A DNA stretch of 64,000 nucleotides from Octopus vulgaris. Taxonomy: Eukaryota. This document shows, one piece after another, positions 13,527 through 28,056 of this stretch (position 1 is the first letter of the stretch; every line of letters starts with the position of its first letter). The notes beneath the pieces are model-generated. The model saw only the letters and a program-made list of their open reading frames with translations, was not told where the DNA came from and did not search any database. A program made the position numbers and the translations under genes. The stretch covers positions 210,242,001 to 210,306,000 of the forward strand of contig OX597815.1 in assembly GCA_951406725.2 (NCBI GenBank), written 5' to 3'.

Positions 13527-15374
13527 TAATTGACATCAAGAAAAGATTAGTCCCTGGATTTTGCGGACTCTAATATTTATTCCTAAAATGTTAAAAACAG
13601 TTAACCATTCTGTTTTTATCCACTTATACAAAACGACTATGTCAGAGAGCATTTTTGATATTTATTAATAAGTGGTATTTATGAGTTGATTTACGATGGC
13701 TTTTCTAAGCCTGCCTATGTGGTACATACATGTGCACTTACTCGTATATGTATATATATGTGTGTTTGTGTGTGTGTGTGTGTGTATAAATATACATGTA
13801 TATATACACAAGCATATATGCTATTTATACATACATACATGTATATATATATATATATCGTACATATATATACATATATATGTGTGTATATATATGTGTG
13901 TGTGTGTATATATATATATTATACATATATATATGCACACACACACCCATATATATATTCCAGTTTTCTCGACGTTTTGTGGATGGGAATCACTATCTAA
14001 CTTACCGGAAGCCTAGGATCACTGTAGAGAAAAATATTAAATATATTTTCGAAGGAAAAATTGTTTCTGTCTGTTCTTACCTCGTGCTGATATCGACAGT
14101 ACAGCGACAACAGATTTTTCTTTTATTATTGCACGCGGTGAAAGGCTTATTGCTAAGGCCTTGCCACCTGCGTAAATGGACGATGTATTCACATCTGGTA
14201 GGGATGCATCCTGCAGAGACAAGATACGCTATCGAATCTTATGAAAACGTATGACTGCTCCTGTCATGCTTAACTTTAATGTATTGTTTGTATTTATCGT
14301 GATATTTTAGAAGTAATTGAGGGCATGAAGGGAACAATTTCTCTGCAAGAGATTATAAGTCGACAGGATGGCAGAATCGTTAGCGGCATTTCGTCCGTGT
14401 TTGCGTTGTGAGCTCAAATTATGCCGTGGTCGACTTTGCCTTTCATCCTTTCGGGAATAATAAAAATAAGTTCCAGTTTAGCACTAACGTCGACTTAAAT
14501 CAAAATTGCTGGCCCTGTGCCTAATTTCAAATCAATATCTTGAAGGCTTTCCATGTGGGGTAATTAATTAGTGGACGGTGACTCTTCGCGATTGATTGGT
14601 TTTTGTGTCGATAGGTTTTGCAAATTGTGTCAATGTGTGTAATCTTTTGTGGAAATATTTCTTAGATTCAGTAGGTTTCGTATTAATTTCAGATTTTGCA
14701 ACAAGGCCAGCAATTTCATTGGAGGGGAGGTGAGATGATTAAATATACCCCAGTCTTCAGCTGCAACTTATTTTATCGACCGAGAAAGGCTGGAAGGCAA
14801 AGTTTGGACTCAGTACATAAATGCAGACTAAACGTTGCTAAGCATTTTGCCGGTGTGATAACGATCCTCCCAGTTCGCCGTCATATTACTACTTTGTATA
14901 GTTTTTATTATTAATGATTTGAGACACTTATTTTACAACGTTTTATGAATGGTGTATCATTGAAAGATATTGAATATACATTCATGTTTAGTTCTTAAAT
15001 CTTGTTGGTCATTGCTTGATAAAATTCATATCCAATTTAGTATGCCTCAATTACCACCTTAAGAGGAAAATAAGGGTGGAGTGAAAATGCTTGTCACTTG
15101 ATGTATATAAAAAAAAGATGGCGGGCTGTAGCGAATTTGTTGAGAATGAATGGATCCACATAGTATATCCACAAGGTTATACAAAAGGTTACAGTGGTGG
15201 CATGGGGCTTGCAGGTTCGAAGCAAAACCCGTACCCCACTTCATTGGACGTTTTATTTTTTGTTATCATCCGATTTATATAAATTGTTAACTTAAATTTT
15301 TAACTATTCATCTTTTGTAAAACCATTCGTTTTATCGACCCTCCCCTACATTTGTATCGTCCCCTCTAAGTTTG

Positions 15375-16510
15375 GGCCCTGTGGGCAATAAAAAAATAGT
15401 TGTTACAATCATCTGAAATTGAACTGTCAAATCGCGATAATCGAGCAATTTTGCTATTCAACTTCAAAAATGGATGTAAAGCAGCTGAAACTGCTCACGA
15501 TATCAACGAAACGTTTAGTGAGGAAATGACCGGTGGGTAGTCAGCTTGAAAATGGTTTCAGCGATTTTGCAGTGAAGACCTGAGCCTTGTAAATCTTGAG
15601 CGTAGTGGGTGCCCATTTGTCATCGATGACGTTCAATTAAAGATTGTCATTGAGAAAGATCCACGTAAAACCATTCGTGAACTGGCAAAAGAACTTCAAA
15701 TTAGCCAGAAAACTGCCTGCAACCATTTGCATGCTATTGTGAAATCAAAAAAGCTCGACAAATGGGTACCACACGATTTGAATGAAAATCAGGAAATGCA
15801 CAGATATGAAATTTGATCGTCGCTTCTTCTCCGCAAACAGACCGATCCATTTCTCGACTCTATTGTAACTTGCTATGAAAAGTGGATTCTGTACAATAAA
15901 AAAACATTCTTCGCGGTGGTTGGACCACAATGAGCACCGAAAACTTTCCCTAAACCCGGACTGTTCGAAAAGAAGGTTAAGATGACTGGTGGTGTACTGC
16001 TGTATTCATCCACTATAACTTATTAAAACCCGGAAAAACCTTTATTACAGAAACCTATTGTCATAAAATTGCCAAAATGAACGAAAAACTGCTACTCTTC
16101 CATCCCAGACTGTTCAACAGAAGAGGGCCGATCATTCTTCAGGACACTGCTCGACCACACGTTTCATTAATGATGCTACAGAAGTTGAAGGAATTTGGCT
16201 ACGAAGTTCTTCTTCACTCAGCTTATTCTCCAGTCCTTTCTCCCGCTGACTATCACTTTTTCAAGCACCTTGATGGCTTCCTGCGAGAGAAGGAGTACAA
16301 AAATGAAACCGATGCTGAAAGCTCGTCGAAAAAGTTCATCAGCTCCAAAACTCCAGATTTTTATGTTACCGGAATAAACTTTTAACTCGTTGGCAAAATG
16401 TGCTGCATGTAATGGTACTTATTTTGATGAATAAAATTTCCGCATTGTTGAAATATTTTGTTATCAAGTTCATGTTTCAAAACATTGCTTACTTTTTACT
16501 CAGCCCGATA
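15375..16510 (+). mobile_element. mariner (DD34D) transposon, pseudogenised transposase
   Basis: AAETAHDIN, KWVPHDL, IVTCYEKWILY, LQDTARPH, HSAYSPVLSPADYHFFKHL; right TIR-like ttactttttactcagcccgata; stops and frameshifts; left end approximate. Confidence 0.9.
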
Positions 16511-17276
16511 CCATGTTTTGCTTGTGAATAAATGAGCGTAACCTTTGCATTTGTGTATTTCGTATGTATCTTTCGGAAACGTGTCACAGCTGGATGTACT
16601 TATCACTGAATTATTCAGTGCATACTTCCTCCGGTTACCTATCCGTATGAATGTCCGCGTATTCTCCTTTATGAATGTAAACACACGAACATATGTGTGT
16701 AAATGGACATACATACATTTAACGTATAAGAATGCTAAACTCTATATTTAACAAGCATACGTTTCGTTCAGTTAGGTTCCAGATTAGAGACGAAAGGTTT
16801 TGGGGAGAAAATAACTCGATAGCTTAATCTATTATTAGACACACGCCAAGGAATAATTACCTCGAAATTTTATCTGCGACAGGCTAGTTGACTGCACATT
16901 AAAATACAAAAATGTAAACACTGTTTTGTTTTCAGTTTATATAGTATTAAATAGGGACAATATACATGTTAAATAGAAACAAAAAATTATATTATTGCAT
17001 GAAAATGGAAATCCTCAAGACAATACGAATAAAATACACCAAAGTGAGATTACAGTAATTGTTCAAATTCTGAACAGAATTTAAATCAGTTTAACTTAAT
17101 CCAGATTTGAATATATTTATTGTTATCATGTGAGATTTGTTCTAGTTTCCAGATATCAAAATATCAATAATTTTGCCTGCGCTGGTAAACAATGTTGTGT
17201 AAATAGAATTTTGAATAGAAATTGCACGAAAACATAAGATAATGGGTAACTATAAAATGATATAATACAAGTATCG

Positions 17277-17315
<39 letters not shown>

Positions 17316-17839
17316 GCTAATAATAATAATGCAAATACGCTTAAAGATGTAAAAACACTCAATACTGCAGTATATAGCAAACATTACGCTAGAAAATTGG
17401 AAAAACCCAACATACAATAGACAAAGCAGTAATGCAAACATCTGATTAAATAGCGATCAATTCTTACGTAGAATCAATTTAGTAGGAAGCAAAGCGCTGT
17501 TATGTTACCTAGTACACTGAAATTATCATCTTCTAAGGAAATGTTTTCGTCTTTAAAATATCCATCTTAATTACAAGAGTCTCAATGATGATAAAGATAT
17601 CCTGAGCTAATATTAATTTTCAAAAGAAGATAAATAAATAAACCAACATTGAATGATTGGTGTCATATGATTTCAGTAATTCTGTTCTCTGAAATATATC
17701 TCCATGAACTTTTCGGTTGGTAAATGACTTCAAAAAAATTACATTAACGACAAAAGTATAAACCGCACCTACCTCTCTCCTGAAAAGTGATCCTAATTTA
17801 TGAGGAGTAAGAAAATAAGAAACGAAATACTTAAATATT

Positions 17840-18465
17840 GGTCTCAAATTTTGGCACAAGGCCAGGAATTTTGGGGGAACGTGCTGGTCGATTGTATTGA
17901 CCCCAGTTTTCAACTGCAACTTAATTTATCGACCCCCCCCCCCCCGAAAAGATAAAAGACAAAGTCGACCTCGGTGGAATTTAAACCCAGAACGTGCGGA
18001 CAGACGAAATGCCGCTAAACATTTTTCCCGGCGTGCTAACGATTCTTATTTCTTTACTACCCACAAGGGGGCTGCACAGAGAGGGGACAAACAAGGACAG
18101 GCAAACGGATTAAGTCGATTATATCGACTTCAATGCGTAACTGGTACTTATTTAATCGACCCCGAAAGGATGAAAAGCAAAGTTGACCTCGGCGGTATTT
18201 GAATTCAGAATGTAACGGCAGACGGAATACCTATTTCTTTACTACCCACAAGGGGCTAAACACAGAGAGGACAAACAAGGACAGACATACGGATTAAGTC
18301 GATTGTACCGAACCCAGTGCGTAACTGGTACTTATTTAATCGACGCCAAAAGGATGAAAGGTAAAGTCGACCTCGGAGGAACTTGAACTCAGAACTTAAC
18401 GGCAGAGAAAATACCTCTAAGCATTTCGTCCGCCGTGCTACCGATTCTACCAGCTCACCACCTTA
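17840..18465 (-). mobile_element. SINE family A multimer or nest
   Basis: Three partial family A bodies; internal junction gaaataggtatt (minus strand). Confidence 0.88.
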
Positions 18466-19493
18466 GCAACGTAAATAAATATTAATATTCATTTGAAGCA
18501 GCAAGAGAGAGATTTATTAGAAATACTGACTTCTATGTTAAAAGCGTCGAAACGAAGCAAACAATTGATCCTTTGCGTGTTTGCTATTATTTACATCTCC
18601 ATAGATATGTGAATCGTATAATTACAATTTTATGTTATTTTAAAGACTAAAGTATTAGCCTAACAACAATGCTTTAATGAAGTATAAAACTACGATTGTC
18701 GGACGTTTATCTAAGAAATTCTCTGATTCACGTTTGGCTATCGGGCAAATTATTTCATATCAATTACTTCTTGTGTATCTGATGTTAAGATATTGGCATT
18801 ATGTCATTCGACAAAGAGAAGAAAATTTTGTGATCTTTTATCGAACCATAAAGCGTAATGGACGCAGACAACAGTACAAACACACACACACACACACACA
18901 CACACGCAACACATACACACACACATTCACACAACACACATACGCTGAAAATGGAAGAATAAGTTATGTATTACATATGTTTAAAAATGCATGGGATATC
19001 CATTATGTAGTATTGACCAATTGAGCAATTATGCGTGCTATAAAACGTGCAGTATCCAGTAGAGGAAACTGATATTGCAGAATTCCGATAACGTGACGTC
19101 AGGATGCTGACTTATCTGCTTTACTACAGGGATATAAGATTGGAATAACTGATATCGGTATTGTACCAAACAACAACAAAAAAAACCCAGCCACTTTGGC
19201 TGAACCAACTGACTAACAGAGGCCAAAATAGCTAGAAGCTATTTTAAATCTTTCCAATTTTCTTCCCTGTTTGCGAACATTTGATGTGGTAGATATGTTC
19301 TAGCCCCACGAATCTTTATCTGTTCGCAATGTGCTGTTGTGTCTGCGTACCTATGTATATCCTCGTCCAATATTATCTCGTTCAAAGCAACTCTGCTCAG
19401 GTTGAAGATTAGATTCGTGTTCAAAATATGCTTCTGAGACAATGACGAGATATCAATAGGAACGTTTTCATCACATGCACGTTCACACACTGA

Positions 19494-19531
<38 letters not shown>

Positions 19532-19667
19532 TGCACCCACAAATTCACACAAACAACCAGTAAGAACTCCAAATCTTCGTAACCACGTCCTGAATATATA
19601 TATATATTCCCAACAAATATATACATATATATATATATATATTCTCAAAAAAATGTATGTTAATGAC

Positions 19668-19767
<100 letters not shown>

Positions 19768-19795
19768 TTTGGTCAAATTATGAGCACTCGGAAAT

Positions 19796-22388
19796 AAACC
19801 AATGCACAACACAGGTGTATGCAGTGTGTGAAAAATCTTTTCTACTATAGGCACAAGGCCTGAAATCTGGGGGAGGGGGACAATCGATTACATCGATCCC
19901 AATGCTTCACAGGTAAGTTAAAAAGCAAGGTTACCTACACATGAATAGATAAATCTCATCCAAATATTGAATAAGTAAACGTTAATATTCCTTCAAATTT
20001 TGGTACAGGGTCCGGTTAAATGTTACAAAAAATTGCTGGTAGTTAACGCTATGGCGATTCTCAGCGAGCGGATATACGATTCAAGATCTTAAACTTTAAA
20101 ATCTAAACATTTAACCAATGTCTAAAAGTACGTTACAAAATGCTTATGATTGCTGAACAAGAACATGCTGTATCACTGGTTTAATTTAGTAAGATGATTC
20201 CACTTTAGAAATTAGTAATCGATAGATATGACTAAGTATTCATTGGCGAAAATATTCATCTTTAATATTTACATACCTTCTTCTTTAGCCCTCCGTCGTT
20301 TACGACGATGAGGGCCTGATCCGATCAACGGAACAGCCTGCTCGTGAAATTAACGTGTAAGTGGCTGAGCGCTCCACAGACACGTGTACCCATAACGTAG
20401 TTCTCGGGGATATTCAGCATGACACAGAGAGTGACAAGGCCGGCCCTTTGAAATACAGGTACGACAGAAACAGGAAGTAAGAGTGAGAGAAAGTTGTGGT
20501 GAAAGAGTACTGCAGGGATCACCACCATCCCCTGCCGGAGCCTCGTGGAGCTTTAGGTGTTTTCGCTCAATAAACACTCACAACGCCCGGTCTGAGAATC
20601 GAAACCACGATCCTAAGACCGCGAGTCCGTTGCCCTAACCGCTGGGCCATTGTGCCTCCACAAAACCAATGCACAACACAGGTGTATGCAGTGTGTGAAA
20701 AGTCTTTTCTACTTTAGGCACAAGGCCTGAAATCTGGGGGAGGGGGACAATCGATTACATCGATCCCAATGCTTCACAGGTAAGTTAAAAAGCAAGGATA
20801 CCTACACATGAATAGATAAATCTCACCCAAATATTGAATAAGTAAACGTTAATATTCCTTCAAATTTTGGTACAGGGTCCGGTTAAATATTACAAAAAAT
20901 TGCTGGTAGTTAACGCTATGGCGATTCTCAGCGAGCGGATATACGATTCAAGATCTTAAATTTAAAATCTAAACATTTAACCAATGTCTAAAAGTACGTT
21001 ACAAAATGCTTATGATTGCTGAACAAGAACATGCTGTATCACTGGTTTAATTTAGTAAGATGATTCCACTTTAGAAATTAGTAATCGATAGATATGACTA
21101 AGTATTCATTGGCGAAAATATTCATCTTTAATATTTACATACCTTCTTCTTTAGCCCTCCGTCGTTTACGACGATGAGGGTTCCGGTTGATCCGATCAAC
21201 GGAACAGCCTGCTCGTGAAATTAACGTGTAAGTGGCTGAGCACTCCACAGACACGTGTACCCATAACGTAGTTCTATGGGATATTCAGCGTGACACAGAG
21301 AGTGACAAGGCCGGCCCTTTGAAATACAGGTACGACAGAAACAGGAAGTAAGAGTGAGAGAAAGTTGTGGTGAAAGAGTACTGCAGGGATCACCACCATT
21401 CCTGCCGGAGCCTCGTGGAGCTTTAGGTGTTTTCGCTCAATAAACACTCACAACGCCCGGTCTGAGAATCGAAACCACGATCCTAAGACCGCGAGTCCGT
21501 TGCCCTAACCGCCTCCACAAAACCAATGCACAACACAGGTGTATGCAGTGTGTGAAAAGTCTTTTCTACTTTAGGCACAAGGCCTGAAATCTGGGGGAGG
21601 GGGACAATCGATTACATCGATCCCAATGCTTCACAGGTAAGTTAAAAAGCAAGGATACCTACACATGAATAGATAAACCTCACCCAAATATTGAATAAGT
21701 AAACGTTAATATTCCTTCAAATTTTGGTACAGGGTCCGGTTAAATATTACAAAAAATTGCTGGTAGTTAACGCTATGGCGATTCTCAGCGAGCGGATATA
21801 CGATTCAAGATCTTAAACTTTAAAATCTAAACATTTAACCAATGTCTAAAAGTACGTTACAAAATGCTTATGATTGCTGAACAAGAACATGCTGTATCAC
21901 TGGTTTAATTTAGTAAGATGATTCCACTTTAGAAATTAGTAATCGATAGATATGACTAAGTATTCATTGGCGAAAATATTCATCTTTAATATTTACATAC
22001 CTTCTTCTTTAGCCCTCCGTCGTTTACGACGATGAGGGTTCCGGTTGATCCGATCAACGGAACAGCCTGCTCGTGAAATTAACGTGTAAGTGGCTGAGCA
22101 CTCCACAGACACGTGTACCCATAACGTAGTTCTATGGGATATTCAGCGTGACACAGAGAGTGACAAGGCCGGCCCTTTGAAATACAGGTACAACAGAAAC
22201 AGGAAGTAAGAGTGAGAGAAAGTTGTGGTGAAAGAGTACTGCAGGGATCACCACCATTCCTGCCGGAGCCTCGTGGAGCTTTAGGTGTTTTCGCTCAATA
22301 AACACTCACAACGCCCGGTCTGAGAATCGAAACCACGATCCTAAGACCGCGAGTCCGTTGCCCTAACCACTAGACCATTGCGCCTCCA
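19796..22388. repeat. Tandem triplication of a ~860-bp unit (about 495 bp flank plus a minus-strand family C SINE)
   Basis: Unit start aaaccaatgcacaacacagg at 19796, 20663 and 21520; near-identical copies; SINEs at about 20290-20660, 21155-21518 and 22013-22388. Confidence 0.95.
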
Positions 22389-23311
22389 TTTACATACCAG
22401 CCTCAGGAATACGCTTAATATGTAAATAGGCATATCCAATAATTTACACCGTTGTATGCGATGGCTACATGAACAATGTGTTCGGAGGAAAATGTGGGTT
22501 ACATGAGTGCCGATGAAGGAGCATAAATCCTGAAGACTCCGATCTCATTGTTTGTTTGCATCTGGCGTCTCGATACGAAACGTTGAAGCAAAAAATGAGT
22601 GCTAGGTATAATTTCTATAGAAATAAACTTTACAAAATAATATGAAGAGCACTGCTAATGCAGTAAGTCATAGTGTTGACTCATAAAAACATTTAATATA
22701 CTTTATAGTGTGTTATGATTGCATAACAATATTCTACGTGCCTACAGGTCTTTAGTATATACTTATACACACACACACACACATACACACATATCTCTTA
22801 CTTGTCTCAGGCATTAGACAGTGGCCATGGTGGGACATTTTAGTCGAATGAATTGAACCTAGCTCTTCAGTTTCTAAGTATGGTACTCATTCCATCGCCC
22901 TCTTATTTGAAATAGCTAAGTTACGGGATCATAAAAATTCAAACAACTGTTGTCAAGCGTTGGGGAGAGACATACACAGGCATACGCATACGTAGATAGA
23001 TATGGTGAGCTTCTTTCAGTTTCGTCTACTAAATTCACTCATAAGGTTTTGGTCGGTTATACTCTTTACTCTTTTAGTCTTTTACTTGTTTCAGTCATTT
23101 GACTGCGGCCATGCTGGAGCACCGCTTTTAGTCAAGCAAATCGACCCCGGGACTTATTCTTTGTAAGGCCAGTACTTATTCTATATCGGTCTCTTTTGCC
23201 GAACCGTTAACTGACGGGGACGTAAACCCACCAGCATCGATTGTCAAGCAATGCTAGGGGGACAAACACAAACACACAAACACACACACATACATACATA
23301 TATATATATAT

Positions 23312-24082
23312 AAAATAATAGTTATCGCCATACTAATATGGCATTCTTATAAAAATAAGAATAAAGCTGTCCGCTTATTAGCTCCATGAGGCCATCGCCT
23401 TAAGTTAGCTATTTGATACACAAACTGTATCCATATAACCTTCGAACAAGGGAGGTCTGTCGCTCCACACTACTTGACCGGCAGCTACAGACGCGTTTCG
23501 GGGTATTGCCCCTTTTCAATACCTTGTTCCAAGGTTATATGGATACAGTTTGTGTATCAAATAGCTAACTTAAGGCGATGGCCTCATGGAGCTAATAAGC
23601 GGACAGCTTTATTCTTATTTTTATAAGAATGCCATATTAGTATGGCGATAACTATTATTTTCCGGGAACGCTGCCGCTGTTCTCTTTTAGAGAGACTTAG
23701 TAATTTTAATATTTCTATTATTGAAAACAAGTGGATGTATTCCACCGAAACTAGGTAAATAAAACCATCGAACAGAGATTGTCGGAAGCGACACCTACTG
23801 GCTGGCTACGCTGCATTGAAAAGGGGCAATACCCCGAAACGCGTCTGTAGCTGCCGGTCAAGTAGTGTGGAGCGACTGACCTCCCTTGTTCGAAGGTTAT
23901 ATGGATACAGTTTGTGTATCAAATAGCTAACTTAAGGCGATGGCCTCATGGAGCTAATAAGCGGACAGCTTTATTCTTATTTTTTATAAGAATGCCATAT
24001 TAGTATGGCGATAACTATTATTTTCCGGGAACGCTGCCGCTGTTCTCTTTTAGAGAGACTTAGTAATTTTAATATTTCTATT
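23312..24082 (+). mobile_element. Non-coding PLE pLTR/retrozyme-like element with direct and inverted copies
   Basis: 23522-23720 is repeated at 23884-24082 (period ~362); 23312-23520 is the reverse complement of about 23815-24024; sits in (TA)n; contains an HHR. Confidence 0.8.
23810..23851 (+). ncRNA. Minimal type I hammerhead ribozyme, U3-A8 core variant
   Basis: gctgca TTGAAAA gggg-caata-cccc GAAA cgcg TC tgtagc: stem I 6 bp, stem II 4 bp, palindromic stem III, GUC cleavage triplet. Confidence 0.75.
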
Positions 24083-27000
24083 ATATATATATGTATATAT
24101 ACGTATATATATGTATATATACGTATATACGACAGACTTCTTTCAGTTTCCGTCTACTAAATCCACTCACAAGGCATTGGTCGGCCCGGGACTATAGCAG
24201 AAGACACTTGCCCAAGATGCCACGCAGTGGGACTGAACCCGGAACCATATGGTTGGTTAGCAGGCTACTTACCACACAGCCAATCCTGCACCTATAGTAG
24301 AAGATACCTGCCCAATGTATCCCGTAGTGGAACTGAACCAGGAACAATATGGTTCGGAAGCAAACTCGTTACCACTTAACTATGTCTACATAAAATGAAA
24401 AGTATTTGCTATGAGGCATATTGTATAAATAAATGGCATACAGCTTATCGTCTGTGGAGAATCTTCCAAAACATTCTTTAGAGATTGTTTAGGCTATTAG
24501 TTCAGTTGAACATCAATTCTACATATCATCATCTTTCATGGAGGTGTTTTCACAATTAATTCCCTATAGGTTTTTTCTGAGTATCCTTCTGAAGGCCTTC
24601 TGGTACATTAGCTTCACTATGGTCTTTGCTTTCTTGCTAACTCACAAGATATTTAGCTTTCATGGTGGTGCTTGTATATTGGTTAGAAGGAGGATTAAGG
24701 GGCATGTCTTCATATTTATAGCTTGTTCTTTATTTGCGAATAAATTTAGAGCTCAACATATTTAAAGCAGATGAAATTTCACTGAAATAAATGCCTCTGT
24801 GATCTATTAGGAGAGATTTTAAATTGAAGATGTAAACTCGGGTCGCTGATTAAACTGCTTGTTCTCCAGTCACTAAATCCTAAAAGAATCCACTTTGTGA
24901 GTAAGCATATCCACTGAGGAAAGTATAAGCACCGCGTGTATTCAAATGTGAGTCGCGTGGCTTTCGCTATACATATAATTTATCGAAAGTACACCAGCAG
25001 AAATGTTTCGTTTCTGTTGACATACTATAGAAGAATATTTATTAGGTATAACGCAGGCTAGTTTAGAACAGCCAGAATCTACAATTACGTTATCTATTGT
25101 AAAATTCAATGGTATATTAACGACATTGCATAGTAAAAAGAGAGATTATGCCTTGCTCTCTGAGTTTCCATATTAATCACTAACGTCTTATGACGCGCTA
25201 CGTTAGTGGCGAGTCGCGGTAATCTCCATGTATGATTCCTATCTGAAAAGTATCTGACATGTTTTGCGTGTATGAAGTGTAGTCATACACAAGAGAATGT
25301 GTACATATGTGTGTGAGTGTTTGTTTGTGTGTGTGTGTCTGTTTGTGAGTGTGATTGCGTATATGTAACTGAGCACATACATATGTTTATGCATACACTC
25401 ATAATCCCACGCATTAAATCGTTGCAAGAGTGGTACAGTTATCAATGAACTTTGTGTATACATACCTTTATTTTAGTATTATATTTATTTTCCCCTTCTT
25501 TACATGTTTACAGTTTGTTCACAAGTACATTTTTTATTTTGAATTTCATATTTTCAAACCTTGATATGAAGGGGAATTATCTTGTCTAAACAATTTAATA
25601 ACTTTTAATCTTTCTAACATTTATCTTATTTTGTTTTATTTGATCTTTGAGAAAAAATATAAATAAAATTTATTTAAAAGAATAAAAAATATATGAAATG
25701 AATATATTTTCTTTTTCCTTTATCAAATATGTGTCAGCCATTTTCTGCAACGCGTTATTCTTCATCTGTCATTTATAAAATGTTTGTTGTAAAATAACTC
25801 AGAAAATATCATTTTTATTTTTGGTTCAATAGAATTTTATGTCGCATTTTTAATATTTCCTATTTTTAGTTTACTCTTTTTATTTCTTTTCATATTCTCA
25901 TAAATGACTAAGTAAATATTTACTATCAATAATTTCTTTGTAAAAGAGTATATTATGATATTGTATTTTTCCTCTGGGAGAAATCAAAAGAAAAATATAT
26001 TAAACTAAAATAATTATTCGAGATACTTCAAAATTAGTATTGGCAAATCTTGCTAGGTTGTCAATATGTTTCAATGAAAATTTAAACAATATTCGTTTCT
26101 TTATCATTTGTCTCAGTATTTTTCTTTGTCTTTTCAGCTCTTTTAATTTGTGATGTGTTGTTACACAAATTACATTTGTTTTGTTCTCTTGCTACATTCT
26201 CACAACGGTCTGCTTTAAGATATTTCTTTTTGGGGCTTTTAACCGTATATTTAAATAAATATAATTCTCATAATGTTGTCTTACATATTGACAATAACAA
26301 CAAAGATAACTAACTTATATATAAGCTCAAGATGTTTGGGGAAGCAGTTTAATCAATTTGAATTTTGCTTATTATATAACCCAAGAAAGATGAAGCAAAT
26401 TCAATATCAAGCTGAAATTGAACTCATATTTTAAGTAGATGTAAGAATATGTTTATTAATGATCTATCTATGTTGCCAAACACTAAATAATATGATTCAT
26501 ATATTTTGTGATAATTATGTTTAGAAAAATATATTTCAGTTTATGCACATTAAATAAATTCTAAACCGTTTTATAAACAGCATTTCTATTAATTATATTC
26601 CTTAGTATTTACGTATGTACGTTCATATAGATACATAACGGCTATTGACGAATTATGTGGAAGATTTAATACTTGATAAATGTCTTTCATTTCTTAAAGG
26701 GTTTACAATATATTGAGAGTATCTCTATATAGCTCAATCTTTATGATCAGAATATTAACACAATAAAAACATAAGTTGCTTAAAATATTCAGTTAAAACC
26801 TCTTACACATTCTTCTTAAATAATTCAATGGTTTTAGAGCGTCTCTTTCAGTGACTGATTTAAAGAGAGGTGTATAAGCGTTCAAAATATAAGCTTTCTT
26901 TCTGTTTTTTAACTAAACTTTCATTCTAAGAATGAAAGAAATTAGAACGGCTAAATACTACACATACAGATGCGCTCACATACACACGCACTTAAACGCA

Positions 27001-27231
27001 TATATATATTTGTGGGGAGATATGTCACAGAGTGTACACAATACCGGTGGGTAGGAAGCATATAATATAAATACATTTTATTACATACGTTAAACTCAGT
27101 ATCGCATATAAAAAATTTCTTTCTTTTCTATCTAGTAAAGAAAACTTACCTCAATCATCCGTTTCATTCTTGCATGCTGAAGAATTCAGGACATTCGATT
27201 CTCTAGCAAGGTAGACGGGTGTCTGTAAATT

Positions 27232-27437
27232 AGTTTCAAAATTTGGCTGATGGTGAACAATTTCGGGGGATGGGTTAAATCGATTACGTCAAACCCAGTG
27301 CTCAGCTGGTACTTATTTCATCGATCCTGAATGGATAGAAGGTAAAAATCGACCTCGTCGGAATTTGAACTCAGAGTGCAAAAACAAAGTAAGCATTTTG
27401 CCCGGCGCCGTAACGATTCTAACAGCTCGCTGCCTTT
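27232..27437 (-). mobile_element. Diverged SINE family A
   Basis: gaatttgaactcag B-box and cagctcgctgcc head remnant. Confidence 0.75.
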
Positions 27438-27509
27438 CTAATATCTCTAAATAAAATAATAATGAATTATACACAGGCATCACACACACATATGTGTATG
27501 TGTATATAC

Positions 27510-27553
<44 letters not shown>

Positions 27554-28056
27554 ATGTGTGTGTGTGTATGTATGTATGTATGTATGTATGTATGTATGTA
27601 TGTATGTATGTATGTATGTGTGTGTGTCTGTCGCTGTGATCACCATAAAAGCTTGTCACTTTCATTGAGACAGATTTTCTTGTTAGTTTGAAGTTTCTAA
27701 TTTCCTGTGGTTCTTATGCAGGGAAGTATTACACACACACACATACACACATAGAGCCGACTATAACGTCTACAAAGACTACGTCTTACAATCACTGATG
27801 ATCACCAATAGTCGTTTCGCCTTCTCAGCATAGCGAAGGTTACGTCACAGATAATGGCTTTTCTACGCCGTGTAAGAGCATTCTATAGAGCTAAATAATC
27901 ACTAATTTAATGCAGAGTTTAGATATACTCCAATAGGACGATACTATTGATATATATGGAGACATCTTATGCCACATCCAAATGAAGTTTACATGAAGGG
28001 AAAAACTCGCTTGAACTACTCTCCAGTTTCTTCCCGATGGATGTACTGTGTCCTTG

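Larger units (their letters stand above)
22795..24390 (-). mobile_element. Nested family B SINEs: old copy interrupted by a younger copy at 23060-24291
   Basis: tRNA-like head, ccttgggcaagtg core-like segment, internal (TA)/(TG) tract and AAAGAGT tail; the old copy resumes at tatagtagaagatacc. Confidence 0.85.

Noticed and set aside
22505-22590. ccgatga-ggag...ctcc and a later gaaacgtt resembling an HHR
   Set aside because: GAAA is not adjacent to stem II and there is no convincing stem I
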